DNA from: a virus
Reading direction: 5' to 3' (one strand)
DNA: 64,000 nt
Virus record (IMG/VR): IMGVR_UViG_3300031251_000007
Location: 23,782 to 87,781 of that record
Both the position numbers and the translations under genes were made by a program. The notes under the pieces were generated by a model, which saw only the letters and a program-made list of their open reading frames with translations, was not told the origin of the DNA and did no database searches. How positions within the stretch are numbered: the stretch's first letter is position 1; each line of letters opens with the position of its first letter. Of this stretch, positions 36,208-46,047 are shown one piece after another.

Positions 36208-36827
36208 CGCTTCACGCTCTTGATGTGCACCTCGCGCAATGCGTGCAGGAGGTAGGTGAAGTTTTCGAAGTCGATCGAGTCGTCGTCGAACTCGACGCGG
36301 AAGTAGAATTCGCAGCTCGCCTTGATCTGCGTGACCGTTCCCGGTGGCGCGACCGCGAACTGCACCAGTCCTTGCGACTCGGTCCAGCCAGTCAACGTGG
36401 TGCCGCTTTGGTTCTTCACCACCAGCGTGCCAGCCTTGATCTCGTATATCGGCTCGACAAACCCGCCGTAGTTGCGAAGGATCTGGAAATTCTTCGTGAC
36501 GCCATTCCCGGCACCGATGAATTGATTGGTGATGGCGAAGTCTTCCGGGTCCCGGAACAAGAACGTGTCGCCGCGGGCCCGGTGCGTCAGGAAATGGCCG
36601 ACGATCGGCCGCAGCATGTCGCCGAGCTGCGGGTGCCCGGCTTGACCGATCGAACCGTAGGCGAGCTTCCAGTGCCAGCGCGGAAAGGCCCACGTCGCGG
36701 CGGCCGTATCGAGGCCGCTGGCGACCTCTTCAGTCAGCGTCTTGAACTCAGGACTGCGCGCGCTCGACCAGTCGAGCCGCCCGGTGCCGGTGCCCGTTGC
36801 GGCGGGGGGGAAGACGGCGTTGCTCAT
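36204..36827 (-). CDS. DUF2460 (TIGR02217-like) distal tail protein
   Basis: RSPEFKT...ASG, FLFRDPED, GNGVTKNFQ and EFYFRVEF. Confidence 0.85.
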   Translation of the reverse strand: MSNAVFPPAATGTGTGRLDWSSARSPEFKTLTEEVASGLDTAAATWAFPRWHWKLAYGSIGQAGHPQLGDMLRPIVGHFLTHRARGDTFLFRDPEDFAITNQFIGAGNGVTKNFQILRNYGGFVEPIYEIKAGTLVVKNQSGTTLTGWTESQGLVQFAVAPPGTVTQIKASCEFYFRVEFDDDSIDFENFTYLLHALREVHIKSVKR

Positions 36828-36877
36828 GCAGCGACCCTTGACGGCGAATCCCGCTGCGGCGTAGGCAGCGCGTCCTG

Positions 36878-37426
36878 ATGACGACACAGACGGCCAGGCC
36901 GTTTCTCTGCGCCGCTTCGCTCCTCCTCCTCGCTGGGTGCTGGACCTACGGAACGAAATTCACCCAGGACCAAGTCCGCCAACTGAAGCCGGGCATGACC
37001 GTTGACGAAGTCGAGGCGATCATGGGGCCACCGAACTCCATGATGGCCGGCACCGTTACGCGTGCGACATGGGTGTACGCCACGGCCCTCGGCGCGGTGA
37101 ACTCGCTGAATCTCGTCTTCGGCGCCGACGGTCGGCTTACCGCCGTCCCGGGCTCCGCAACTCCCGCGCAGGCCCCCTCGCTGCTCGGCCATGCGGACCA
37201 ACTGAAGGCCGGCATGACGATGGAGCAGGTGACCGCCATCATCGGGCCACCCGATCAGGCGACTGCCGGAATCCCGGCGGTTGATCCGGCGACCGGCCAG
37301 ACAACCGGTTCGCAGACCATCGCGACATGGGTTGCGCCGCCCGGCACGCCAGGCCTTAAGGCGCTGACGCTGATGTTCGGTCCAGACGGACGCGTCACAT
37401 CGATCCCACCCTTGCCGCACAGCTGA
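36878..37426 (+). CDS. Counter-oriented lipoprotein with two SmpA/OmlA(BamE)-like domains
   Basis: LLLAG-C lipobox. Two repeats of QLKxGMT..xV..I.GPP...W...L.FG.DGR. Confidence 0.8.
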   Translation: MTTQTARPFLCAASLLLLAGCWTYGTKFTQDQVRQLKPGMTVDEVEAIMGPPNSMMAGTVTRATWVYATALGAVNSLNLVFGADGRLTAVPGSATPAQAPSLLGHADQLKAGMTMEQVTAIIGPPDQATAGIPAVDPATGQTTGSQTIATWVAPPGTPGLKALTLMFGPDGRVTSIPPLPHS

Positions 37427-37428
37427 CC

Positions 37429-40400
37429 TCACCGCAGCCTCCGGGCCATGTTCTGATCGAAGCCGCGGACGCGATCACCGAAGAAACGGCTGAATCGGTC
37501 GCCGTGCTCTTGGAGCACACGATCGACGCCCGTCGCATCCATCGCCTGGATGACCGGCGCAAAGGTGAACTGGTTACCGGCCTGCGCCTTCGCGCCGGTG
37601 TCGTGGCTGCGTCGCTGCACGCTGTCCGCGATCCGATCACCGAGCTGCGCATAGTGCGGCATGGTGAGCATCGGTGCGTTCACCCGCTTCACGCTCCGAA
37701 CGAGATCGACCGCTCCCACGACCGTCTCAGAGATCCGTCGCGGCAGCACGAGTTCCTTCGCGTGCGCCTGCAGCATCATGTCGCTTTGTAGGTAGGCGCC
37801 GCCGGCCGCCGAGCCGCTGGCGGTGACGGTGGCCTGGCCACTGGCAATCATCGCGGCGGTGATCACTGCCGTCGGGCCCGCGGCGAAGCCGCCGATGTAC
37901 GGGATCATCGCGACGGACTCAGCGGACAGCGCGATCGCAGCAACCGCGGCGCCGACCGCCACTTCGTGCATCGCTGAGGCGAGCGCGCCGGCCTCGATAG
38001 CGATCAGCGGCTGCAGGATCGCCATCACGATCATGCTCGCCGCCGCGACGGCGAACGCCGCAGCAAGCTCGATCGTCTGGGCCACGAGCTGAATGGTCCC
38101 CGCCAGAGAGACGGCGATGGTCGCGGCAGATGCGGCCAGCTTCAGCGCCTCGCCGGCCACCCATGCAGAGACCTCGCCGATCTTTGCACCGATCGACGTC
38201 GCGATCTCGCCAAGCGTCAATCCGGTGCGGCTGCCGGAGTTGACGGCCGTCGCCGTCGTCTTCGCCGTTTCCGCTACGCCGTGCGCCAGGGCTTCGCCAT
38301 CTTTGGCGGCGATGCTCTGATAGGCCTCTGCCCACGCCATTCCCGTACGGGCGTTGCTGCCCGCTTCTGTCGCACCGATAATGCCCGCCTGCGCCGCCCA
38401 AGCGACGACGACATTCTTCGCCTGGCCCGCCGCCCATTCGGCGGAGCCCTTCACCGCCGCATCGCTCAGCGAGAGCAACATCGACTGCCCCGCGGCACGT
38501 GCCGCCTGCCCGAGCGTGGTCGTGCCCTGGATGATGCCCTGCACTGACGTCGAGAACGCGCTGGAGATGCTATCCGCGACGGTGGTGAACGTGTCCCCGA
38601 TGAGGTTTGCGACCTTGAGCGCCTGCTCGTAGCCCTTCACTTCGATTGCGACGGTCTGAATCTCCTCTTGTCGCCCCTGCTCTTCTTCGGGGTTGGCCTT
38701 CTCGGCACCTGGTGCCGTGAGGGTATCGAGCCGCGACCGCCCGGCGCTGATCTTCTGCTGCAGCGCCCCGGTGACATCGTCGCTGCCCTGGAGGCCGAAC
38801 GCCCTGAAGATGGCGGCCTTCTGTCCGATGGCGACCAGCTGCTTGTCGTAGTCTTCGAGCGCGGCGCGCTGCGCCTGCAGGCCCTTGGCATTGGCCAACT
38901 GCTCGTTCAGGTCGCGGTATTGCCGGCCGAGTGCATCGACATCGGCGGTCAGCTTGACGACCGATGGATCGGTTGCGCCGAGGGCCTTCTGCTGCTGCGC
39001 AAGCAGCGTGATCTGCTGATCCAACTCCGTCTTGGTCGCGCTGACCTGCCCTTCAAGTGCCAGCTGGCTGTCGCCGTAGACACGTGCACGGATCGATGCC
39101 GCGTCGAATTGCGATGCGAGCCCCGACGTGTCGCCGGCAAGCGCGCTGACGCGCTGCTGCAGCGCCGTAATGATGGCGCCATTCGCCCCCGGCAGCGAGG
39201 CGATTTCCTGTATCGCACCGCGTAGAAAGTCAATTGAGCGCGCGGACACGTCGAACGACGGCCCAACCGCCGCCGCTTGCCGCCCGATCTTGGCCAGCTC
39301 GTTCTCAACAGGCGGCCCGACCTTCTGCAAGTCCATCAGCTGCGCGCGAAGCGACGCGGCGGCGCCGGAATTTCCTTGCGATTCGAATTCAGCAATCTTG
39401 CTCTGCAGCGCGGAGACTTGCTGCTGCCAGGCGCCGAACGCATCGCCGGTGAGCCCGGCTTGCGCGCGGATGGCCACCATCTGCTGATCGAATTGGAAGG
39501 TGCTGCTTTGCGCGGCGGCGAGCTCGCTCGCGTATTTCTTCGCGGCATCGGATGCCGGATTCAACCCCGCATCGCCCGCCTTCTTCAGTGCGGCCTCGAT
39601 CGCATTGGCGCGCTCCGCAGCAATATCGAAATTCGGCCCCAGGAACTTCGCCGAGACGTTGATACCCTGGAGCTGTAGCTCCAGGTCCCTGAAGATATTC
39701 TTGACCTCGTTCGTATCGGCGCCCATCGACTGCGTCGACGTGCTCATGCTGGCGGCGGACGCCGCGGCTTGCTGCGCTGCTTGCGCAACCGCTTGCGCGC
39801 TCTGCTCGCGATCGCCCTCGGCGCGCGTATCAATCTCCGATTGGCGCAACGTCACCGGTGCTGATGGCGGGGTAGGCGTTGCGAACGTTGGCACTGCGGG
39901 CCGGAACGCTGGCGGCGTCGGGGTCGGTGTTTCCGCACCGCCTTGAACAAACGGTGGCGTATAGGCCCCACCGTAGGCCGGCATCGAGATCGCCGTCGGC
40001 GGCGGCACATAAGGCGCCTGCGGTGCACCCGTGCCCACCCTATTCGCTGACTCGTTCAGCAGATCGATCGTACCCTTTGCTTCGGCCGCCCTCTTGCCGA
40101 CATCTTCGATCCGCTCACCCATCGTCTGAAGCGGCGCACCGGCGGCCGTGGCAGAGCCGCTGAGTCCATTGACCGCGTAGCCCGCTCCGGTCGCGGCGAC
40201 GCTGAGCGCAACGGCGCCGGCGCCGACGATCCGCATGAGGCTTCCCGCGCCAGCAAGGCCGGCGCCCGTCGCCAGCACCTCGAGCGCGCCCCAAGCGGGC
40301 ACGAGCGCACTCAGCGCCAACAGCAGCGGGCCGGCGACCACCGCGAGCGCGGCCGCAGCGATCGCCGTGCTCTGAATCGGCAACGGCAGCCTGCTGAACC

Positions 40401-41622
40401 CGTCCGCCATGGCCGCGACAACGCCGAGCAGGGGTTCCGCCGCCTGTAGCGTCGAGGCCAGCGCCGGCGCGAGCCGATCCCCCAGGGCGGTCGCCACAGC
40501 GATCGCGTCGTTGCCCACCTGCCTCATCGCAAAGCCGGGCGTGGCGCGCGTACGCGCGAGTTCATGGTCGATGGTGCCGTTGGCCTGCACCACATCGGCA
40601 GTGACCTGTCGGTAGCTCTTCGCCTGCACGCCCGCGGTGTTCAGAATGCCCGTCAAGGCGCGCACGTCTTCGACAATGCCGGAGAGGCCTTGCGGGTCGC
40701 CCTTGAACGCATCCACCAAGCCGATAAGCGTCTCGGTCAGCCCCTTATCTTTCACCTCCTGGCGCAAGGCTTCGCTCGATAGACCGATGCCGCGGAGCGC
40801 CTGGCTTGCTTGATCGGACGGGCTGACCATGGCTAGCAGCGCGCCGCGGAGGCCGGTTACGGCTTCGTCGGCCGTGCCGCCGAGTTTGGTGAACGTTGCA
40901 ACGAATGAGATGACATCCGAGAGCGGAACGCCGAGCTGCGCGGCGATTGGGATGACGCGATTGAGCGAGCCGGCGAAGTCTTCCGCTTCCGCGCCGCCGG
41001 CCTGGATGCCGACCGCTAGCTGATCTGTCGCCTGCGCCGCGGTGAGCCCGGTGGCGGAATATGCCTGCAGCGCCGCCGTCACCGTGCGTGCCACGGTTTC
41101 GGTTGAGCCAAAGCCGATCGTCGCGGCCTTGGCTGAGTTTTCGAGGATGTCGAGCGCCTCGGCGCCGCGCGGGCCGATGCTGGTGATCGTCAGCAGTCCC
41201 TGCGCCAGATCCGTGGGGCTTTGCCCCAACGCCGGCGCAAGCCGCAGGACTGCGGCGCGAAAGAACTCGACGTCCTGGCTGCCGGCGCCGGTGAGGGTAC
41301 CGATCTTCGTGACCAGCGTGTCGAAGTCGGCGCCGAGCTTGGCGAGCGCCACGCCGCCGCCGACCACCGGCAGCGTGATCGCGGCAGTGAGGCCGGTGCC
41401 GATGCTGCGCGCCGCTTGCTGGATCCTCGACCCGAGCTTGGCGGTGGCACTGTTACCAACGGAATCGAGCGCCTTGTTGATGCGATCGGCCATCGCCTCG
41501 ACGCCGCCGCCGAGCTTGCTCTGCATGGCGGCATTGACGGCCTTTAGGCCGGCGTCGAAGTTCGTGTGATCGAGGAGGAACTCGACCGCGACGCGTCCGA
41601 CGGTGCCGCTGGCGACGCTCAT
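37429..41622 (-). CDS. Tape measure protein (TP901-type core)
   Basis: ~1400 aa, Ala-rich and helical. IGTGLTAAITLPVVG, then a PhageMin_Tail-like core. Follows the chaperones. Confidence 0.92.
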   Translation of the reverse strand: MSVASGTVGRVAVEFLLDHTNFDAGLKAVNAAMQSKLGGGVEAMADRINKALDSVGNSATAKLGSRIQQAARSIGTGLTAAITLPVVGGGVALAKLGADFDTLVTKIGTLTGAGSQDVEFFRAAVLRLAPALGQSPTDLAQGLLTITSIGPRGAEALDILENSAKAATIGFGSTETVARTVTAALQAYSATGLTAAQATDQLAVGIQAGGAEAEDFAGSLNRVIPIAAQLGVPLSDVISFVATFTKLGGTADEAVTGLRGALLAMVSPSDQASQALRGIGLSSEALRQEVKDKGLTETLIGLVDAFKGDPQGLSGIVEDVRALTGILNTAGVQAKSYRQVTADVVQANGTIDHELARTRATPGFAMRQVGNDAIAVATALGDRLAPALASTLQAAEPLLGVVAAMADGFSRLPLPIQSTAIAAAALAVVAGPLLLALSALVPAWGALEVLATGAGLAGAGSLMRIVGAGAVALSVAATGAGYAVNGLSGSATAAGAPLQTMGERIEDVGKRAAEAKGTIDLLNESANRVGTGAPQAPYVPPPTAISMPAYGGAYTPPFVQGGAETPTPTPPAFRPAVPTFATPTPPSAPVTLRQSEIDTRAEGDREQSAQAVAQAAQQAAASAASMSTSTQSMGADTNEVKNIFRDLELQLQGINVSAKFLGPNFDIAAERANAIEAALKKAGDAGLNPASDAAKKYASELAAAQSSTFQFDQQMVAIRAQAGLTGDAFGAWQQQVSALQSKIAEFESQGNSGAAASLRAQLMDLQKVGPPVENELAKIGRQAAAVGPSFDVSARSIDFLRGAIQEIASLPGANGAIITALQQRVSALAGDTSGLASQFDAASIRARVYGDSQLALEGQVSATKTELDQQITLLAQQQKALGATDPSVVKLTADVDALGRQYRDLNEQLANAKGLQAQRAALEDYDKQLVAIGQKAAIFRAFGLQGSDDVTGALQQKISAGRSRLDTLTAPGAEKANPEEEQGRQEEIQTVAIEVKGYEQALKVANLIGDTFTTVADSISSAFSTSVQGIIQGTTTLGQAARAAGQSMLLSLSDAAVKGSAEWAAGQAKNVVVAWAAQAGIIGATEAGSNARTGMAWAEAYQSIAAKDGEALAHGVAETAKTTATAVNSGSRTGLTLGEIATSIGAKIGEVSAWVAGEALKLAASAATIAVSLAGTIQLVAQTIELAAAFAVAAASMIVMAILQPLIAIEAGALASAMHEVAVGAAVAAIALSAESVAMIPYIGGFAAGPTAVITAAMIASGQATVTASGSAAGGAYLQSDMMLQAHAKELVLPRRISETVVGAVDLVRSVKRVNAPMLTMPHYAQLGDRIADSVQRRSHDTGAKAQAGNQFTFAPVIQAMDATGVDRVLQEHGDRFSRFFGDRVRGFDQNMARRLR

Positions 41623-42006
41623 CAACCCCTCAGTGTCTCGCCGCGCTCACGCGCCGCGCGCAGCGCCGCAATCTCTGCCTCGCGCGCGGCTCGTCCGCCG
41701 TCTGCTCCGCCACCGAACATCGCCTCCATCTCGGCAAACGCCCGCATCGAGCGGTCTTCTTGGTTGCGACCGAGGAGCTCATCGATCGAGGGCACGCGAT
41801 CCTTCTTGCAGTACGGTGCAAGCAGATGGTGCACGATCCACGCGTCGCGCTCGCGTTCGATCTCGATGCTTCGTCCGTAGCCTTCGGCCATCTCGTCGAA
41901 CTCGTCGAAGGTCAGCTCGCACACCTCGAGCGGCTTGAGTCCGATCCGCGCGCCTAAGACGACGGCGTGCGCGTACCAGTGTCGGAATCCGTAGTCTTCG
42001 AGGGGG
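41622..42006 (-). CDS. Tail assembly chaperone GT, -1 frame part
   Basis: -1 frame relative to the upstream gene reads WYAHAVVLGARIGLKPLEVCELTFDEF. No obvious start codon of its own. Confidence 0.6.
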
Positions 42007-42445
42007 ACTCCGTCCTCTCCGGATCGAGTCCCGTCGGTTCGTTTGGGACGGCGCCCGCTTTCTTGTCGACCTCGGCTTGTTTCAGCATGGACTTGAAGAT
42101 CGCTGTCTGCCCGAGGGCCAGCTCCAGTGGACCCCAAAGATCGGCCAGCATGTCGCCGCCGTCATCTTCGAAGCCATCGATCAGGCCGATGACCTTCTCG
42201 ACGGTGAGCGTTGCCCAGCGCCACCGCAGTCCGGCCCACAGGAGATGGGCGAGCAGGTTGTAGTTCGCCATCGTCTCGAATCGAGTTTCGGCGCTGTAAA
42301 GACGCAGAAAGAGCCGGCCGAAGGGGTAGTCCGGCTGCCCGATGGAACGCGCGTAGATCGTCTCAAAATCGCGCAGCGTTCCCGCAGTGAAACGCAGCGG
42401 CCGGTTCTGCTCATCGATCTTGATGAGCGTCCATGGTTCCGACAT
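41954..42445 (-). CDS. Tail assembly chaperone G
   Basis: SD GGAGG. Lies between the tail tube and TMP. LRFT..TLRDFE and LLWAGL. Confidence 0.75.
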   Translation of the reverse strand: MSEPWTLIKIDEQNRPLRFTAGTLRDFETIYARSIGQPDYPFGRLFLRLYSAETRFETMANYNLLAHLLWAGLRWRWATLTVEKVIGLIDGFEDDGGDMLADLWGPLELALGQTAIFKSMLKQAEVDKKAGAVPNEPTGLDPERTESPSKTTDSDTGTRTPSS

Positions 42446-42529
42446 TGGGGGCCCTCCGACGATGCTGAGCAAGCGGTGGCGGCGCGCCGCCTATTCGACG
42501 CGCCGGGACCGATCGCATGGAACCGTGCC

Positions 42530-42955
42530 TTACGGCTGCGTACCCGGCGCGATGTCGCCGCGCTGGCTGAACGTCGCGGACACCTTGTAGCCGTCGCTGA
42601 CGTTACCGCTGTTGGAATATTTGCTGCAGAAAAACGGCCCGCTCCACTGGCGCAGACCAGAGCCGGGCAACGGGTAGATCTTCACTAGGAAGTCGGTGCC
42701 GTTGACGTAGGCCGTTTCGACCGCAGCCTGTGTCGCGTCGCCAGTGTCGATCAGGAAGTACTCGACGCCCAGATCGCAGTCCTTCAACCCCGGCAGGTAT
42801 TCCTTGCTGCCGTTGTTGTCGTGGTTGCTGCAGTCGATTTTCTCCCGACTAAAGTCCGGGCTCAGGGTCGAGATCTTCGCGAGCTTGGTGTACGTCGACC
42901 CGCCGTCGAAGCTCAGCCACAGTTGCGATTTGTATCCCTGAAATACTGAAGCCAT
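42530..42955 (-). CDS. Major tail tube protein
   Basis: IDCSNHD..GSKEYLPGLKD and YP...SGLRQWSG. Confidence 0.85.
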   Translation of the reverse strand: MASVFQGYKSQLWLSFDGGSTYTKLAKISTLSPDFSREKIDCSNHDNNGSKEYLPGLKDCDLGVEYFLIDTGDATQAAVETAYVNGTDFLVKIYPLPGSGLRQWSGPFFCSKYSNSGNVSDGYKVSATFSQRGDIAPGTQP

Positions 42956-42996
42956 GCCGTCTCCCTCCTCTCGTTCGCCGCCGCCGCGCGCGCCGT

Positions 42997-43362
42997 TTAC
43001 TGCCGCGTGAGCTGCACGCAGGCGATTGAGACGCTCGTGCCGCTATCGACGTCGAGCTGCACCATGCCCTGATCCGCGCCGCTCTGCTGGGCCCAGCCGT
43101 CGTATGGGTACGGCCCGATCCAGCGCTCGGCTCCGGCCGCAACCGAGATGGACGTCTGGGCCGACGGCGCGCGCCGGCCGCGGCTATCGGGCACATCGGT
43201 AATGGTAACGGTACGCGTGGACCCTGACCCGTTCTTGACGATGATCACCGTCTGCCCGTCCGGCGTGAACTTCATGCCGTTCGGCTGATCGGCCGCGTTG
43301 AACGTGATCGCCGCGTTGGACTGATAGGCGATTGCCTGCGTCGGAATGGTCGTGCGTGCCAT
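42997..43362 (-). CDS. Structural protein (beta-rich, decoration-like)
   Basis: F..DGQTVIIVKNGSG..RTVTI...VAAGAERWIGP. Confidence 0.7.
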   Translation of the reverse strand: MARTTIPTQAIAYQSNAAITFNAADQPNGMKFTPDGQTVIIVKNGSGSTRTVTITDVPDSRGRRAPSAQTSISVAAGAERWIGPYPYDGWAQQSGADQGMVQLDVDSGTSVSIACVQLTRQ

Positions 43363-43365
43363 CGC

Positions 43366-43563
43366 TTACTCCTCGTGACCGGGCGCCGCGCCAGTGCCGG
43401 GCGCCGATTGCTGCTCGGCGCCTTCGGGCTCGGTCGCATCGTCGGCGGCGACGAACGCGTCCGCGACATCGTCCGGCAGCAGGTAAAAGTGCCCGGCCAT
43501 GTACGTCGTCTTCGACCCGTCGCTCGTCTCCGTGCGCGACTTCGTCATCTGCACGCGCTTCAT
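43366..43563 (-). CDS. Small hypothetical protein
   Basis: MKRVQMTK...Y.AG..Y.LPDDVA..FV. Similar pattern to its neighbour. Confidence 0.55.
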   Translation of the reverse strand: MKRVQMTKSRTETSDGSKTTYMAGHFYLLPDDVADAFVAADDATEPEGAEQQSAPGTGAAPGHEE

Positions 43564-43817
43564 CAGTCCCTCCCCATGGCTCGGCCGTGTTGATCGACAA
43601 TCGGCGGCGGTGGCGGCGCCGGCGGATAGGGCGCGCTGTGGTGCTGCGCGATCCCCATCTCGAACCACTCGAACGCAACGTCCTCGTCGACCGGGAACAG
43701 CTGGCCGGCGGCGAGCTGAATCGGCGCGCGATCGTCGTATTCGAACTTCCAGTCCTGCAGCATACGGACGGTGATCGGGTCGCCGGCCTCGCGCTCGAGC
43801 TGCGCCAGGTCCATCAC
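43563..43817 (-). CDS. Small hypothetical protein
   Basis: VRML...AGQ.F.VDEDVA.EW...GIA. Coupled overlaps. Confidence 0.55.
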   Translation of the reverse strand: MMDLAQLEREAGDPITVRMLQDWKFEYDDRAPIQLAAGQLFPVDEDVAFEWFEMGIAQHHSAPYPPAPPPPPIVDQHGRAMGRD

Positions 43818-44200
43818 GCCGCCTCGCGAGCGGTCCGGAAGTTCAGCGAGAACTCCGGCCGGCTGTTGTCGTCGTACCCAAGCGGCAGCGGCTCATGCTC
43901 CGCGATGATCCACGGATAGACCGAGCTGCCGATCGTTCCGTCGAGCTCGTGCAGCGCCACATTCAGCGCCGACGCCATCGCGAGCGCACCTTCATAGTCG
44001 TGCTTGGCGCCGCGCACACGGATCTGCAGGCCAGGCGCGGTGAACTCGACGCGCTTGATCGGCACCGACGCGCCCCCAGTCGCGAACAGCGCCACGACCT
44101 GATCCGGGTCGGGCGGCATCACGCCGATCTTGATCGCCCACGGCGCCGGCACGAGGCCCTGTGCACTGAGATAGGCAGCGAAGTCCTGCGTGATGCTCAC
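43814..44200 (-). CDS. Tail terminator (minor capsid 3-like)
   Basis: MPPDPD.VVALF.TGG, PGLQIRVRG and LGYDDNSRPEFSLNF. Confidence 0.8.
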   Translation of the reverse strand: MSITQDFAAYLSAQGLVPAPWAIKIGVMPPDPDQVVALFATGGASVPIKRVEFTAPGLQIRVRGAKHDYEGALAMASALNVALHELDGTIGSSVYPWIIAEHEPLPLGYDDNSRPEFSLNFRTAREAA

Positions 44201-44598
44201 GGCAGGCTCCCGATGAGAATCCCGGCCATGCGCTCACCGGCGCGCTTGGGCATGCTGTCACGGCGCGCGTTGAACGGATCCGAAAGGTATTTGGCCTTGC
44301 CGACGGTATGCTTGTACTCGGTGTGCTCGTGCTGGCGCGCCGCATAGGGCGCGGCCGGTCCGCCGTAGGCCGCCGCCACGGTGATGATGCTGCCGCTGAC
44401 CACTGGCGGCTCGACGTGCCCTGTGCCGCGCAGGATGCCGTCCCTTACCGGCACTTCCTGCTTGCTCGCGCTCATCACCGTCTCAGCCTCTTCGGTGAGC
44501 ACGAGCGCGGCGACCTGCGGCGCCTTGTCGCCGAGCAGGAGAAGATTGCGCTTCACCTCGTTGGTGCCGCGGATCGTCGTGCGAAACGTCTTGGCCAT
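44197..44598 (-). CDS. HK97 gp10-like neck/tail completion protein
   Basis: VPVRDGILR.TG, YAARQHE and AKYL..P. Confidence 0.8.
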   Translation of the reverse strand: MAKTFRTTIRGTNEVKRNLLLLGDKAPQVAALVLTEEAETVMSASKQEVPVRDGILRGTGHVEPPVVSGSIITVAAAYGGPAAPYAARQHEHTEYKHTVGKAKYLSDPFNARRDSMPKRAGERMAGILIGSLP

Positions 44599-44939
44599 CA
44601 GACGAAGTCCGCCCGCACGTGCGAGAGCGTGCCGTCGATGTCGTCGGGCTTGGAGACCGCCACGACGTCGACCACGTCGCCGTCGAGCGCATTCAGCGAG
44701 AAGCTGTCGCGCTCAGCAACAGCGGCCGCCTCTTCGCCGAGGATCAAGTAGCCACGCGTCACGACCACACGGCTGTCGCCATCGGCGGCGCTGCGCACGC
44801 GGAGCTCGCGCGCCTCCATCACGAGGTTGGCGTAGTACGGTACCGCCGCGCCGTAGACGGGCTTGTCGTACGCGTCCGACCCGATGCGCGGGAGATGCGC
44901 TACTGGGTGCGTCAGCAGATCGCGGAGTGCCGGATCCAT
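44598..44939 (-). CDS. Head closure protein
   Basis: DAYDKPVY motif and its position in the neck module. Confidence 0.65.
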   Translation of the reverse strand: MDPALRDLLTHPVAHLPRIGSDAYDKPVYGAAVPYYANLVMEARELRVRSAADGDSRVVVTRGYLILGEEAAAVAERDSFSLNALDGDVVDVVAVSKPDDIDGTLSHVRADFV

Positions 44940-45051
44940 CAGCGCGCCCCTCGCAAAATGTCCCACCGGTGCTGCCGACGGGCCCCCAAGCCAACCGACA
45001 GACACCGGCGGGTTCCGAGGCCGAAGCCGCGGAGCTCGTCGCGCTGGCCGT

Positions 45052-45912
45052 TCATGTCCGCACCCAGGGTCGGAGCAGCTCGAGCGCACGCGGCGGCAAC
45101 GCGCTGCCACCATCAGGGCTCGGATCGCGGTACGTAACCGCGGTGTCGGCCACGCGCTTGGAGCTGACCTCCGGATCGCGGCCGCGCGCCTGATACCAGG
45201 CGGCAGCGGTCGTCAGGCACGCGCGCTCAATGTCGCGCGGCAGGTTCCGCACGTGGAGCGTCACCTGGCGATCGTCGCTCGGCGCAGCTTCGTCTGCGAT
45301 TGTGCCGCTGACGATGATCTTGCTCGGCGTCGCCGAGACTACCGCCACCTGCTGGTTGTTCAGGACGGAGTTCTCGATCGTCAGCAGATCGCCGTTCACG
45401 ACGGGCGGTAGGCCGAGGCCGAGGTCGTTGATGCTGGAGTCGGCGGCGGCGAAGCTGATCGAGCCGGCCGTGTAGTCGTTGTCGGGGAGCAGCCAGCCGC
45501 TGAAGTACTCGAGGCCCCAGTCGCGCGCGCCGCGGCCCGGCGCCGAATCGACCCCCAGGAAGCCACTCCGAAACGCGCAGTCCTGCCAGCCCGCCTCGCG
45601 GTACAGCGTGCCGACCCTGGCGTCGTCGATCTCGTAGTCGACGATGACCTCGCCGCGGTAGGTGACCTTCGCCACGTAGACGATCGGCGGCGCGGCGAGC
45701 AGCAGGATGACATCGCCTGAGCCTTCGAGCGTCTCGCGGACCTTGCGCCGGGCACAGTCGCGATCGAGGTAGGCGTTGATTGCCGCCGTCGCATCCCCGA
45801 TCAGATCCTTCAGCGCAGGATCGAACTCCTCAGTGGTGAGCTTCAGCTCACGCCGGAGTGCCGGCACCGTGGTGAGCGCCGTAGCGGCTGGGGGGGTGAG
45901 GACGGTCAACAT
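45052..45912 (-). CDS. Head-tail connector (gp6-like) with inserted domain
   Basis: LTVLTPP...LTTV..L..EL, I..YLDR, LPRDIERACL and ELLRPW. Confidence 0.8.
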   Translation of the reverse strand: MLTVLTPPAATALTTVPALRRELKLTTEEFDPALKDLIGDATAAINAYLDRDCARRKVRETLEGSGDVILLLAAPPIVYVAKVTYRGEVIVDYEIDDARVGTLYREAGWQDCAFRSGFLGVDSAPGRGARDWGLEYFSGWLLPDNDYTAGSISFAAADSSINDLGLGLPPVVNGDLLTIENSVLNNQQVAVVSATPSKIIVSGTIADEAAPSDDRQVTLHVRNLPRDIERACLTTAAAWYQARGRDPEVSSKRVADTAVTYRDPSPDGGSALPPRALELLRPWVRT

Positions 45913-45915
45913 GGG

Positions 45916-46047
45916 TCATTCGCGCAAGCGTCGCCGCCCACCCAAGGGGGGCCGCCGGACGCGCTTGGTCTCCGCATCACCCTCGCGGATCATGCGGTCG
46001 ACCGGCGGCCCGGCGGGCGCTTTGGTGGGTGGACCGGAGGGCTTCAT
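45916..46047 (-). CDS. Small protein with PPVDRMIR motif
   Basis: TGATG overlap with the upstream gene. 43 aa, below the ORF-track cutoff. Confidence 0.45.
   Translation of the reverse strand: MKPSGPPTKAPAGPPVDRMIREGDAETKRVRRPPLGGRRRLRE

Noticed and set aside
30018-36827. Gene transfer agent
   Set aside because: The tail tip is GTA-like, but a long TMP, a replication module and many accessory genes indicate a genuine phage.
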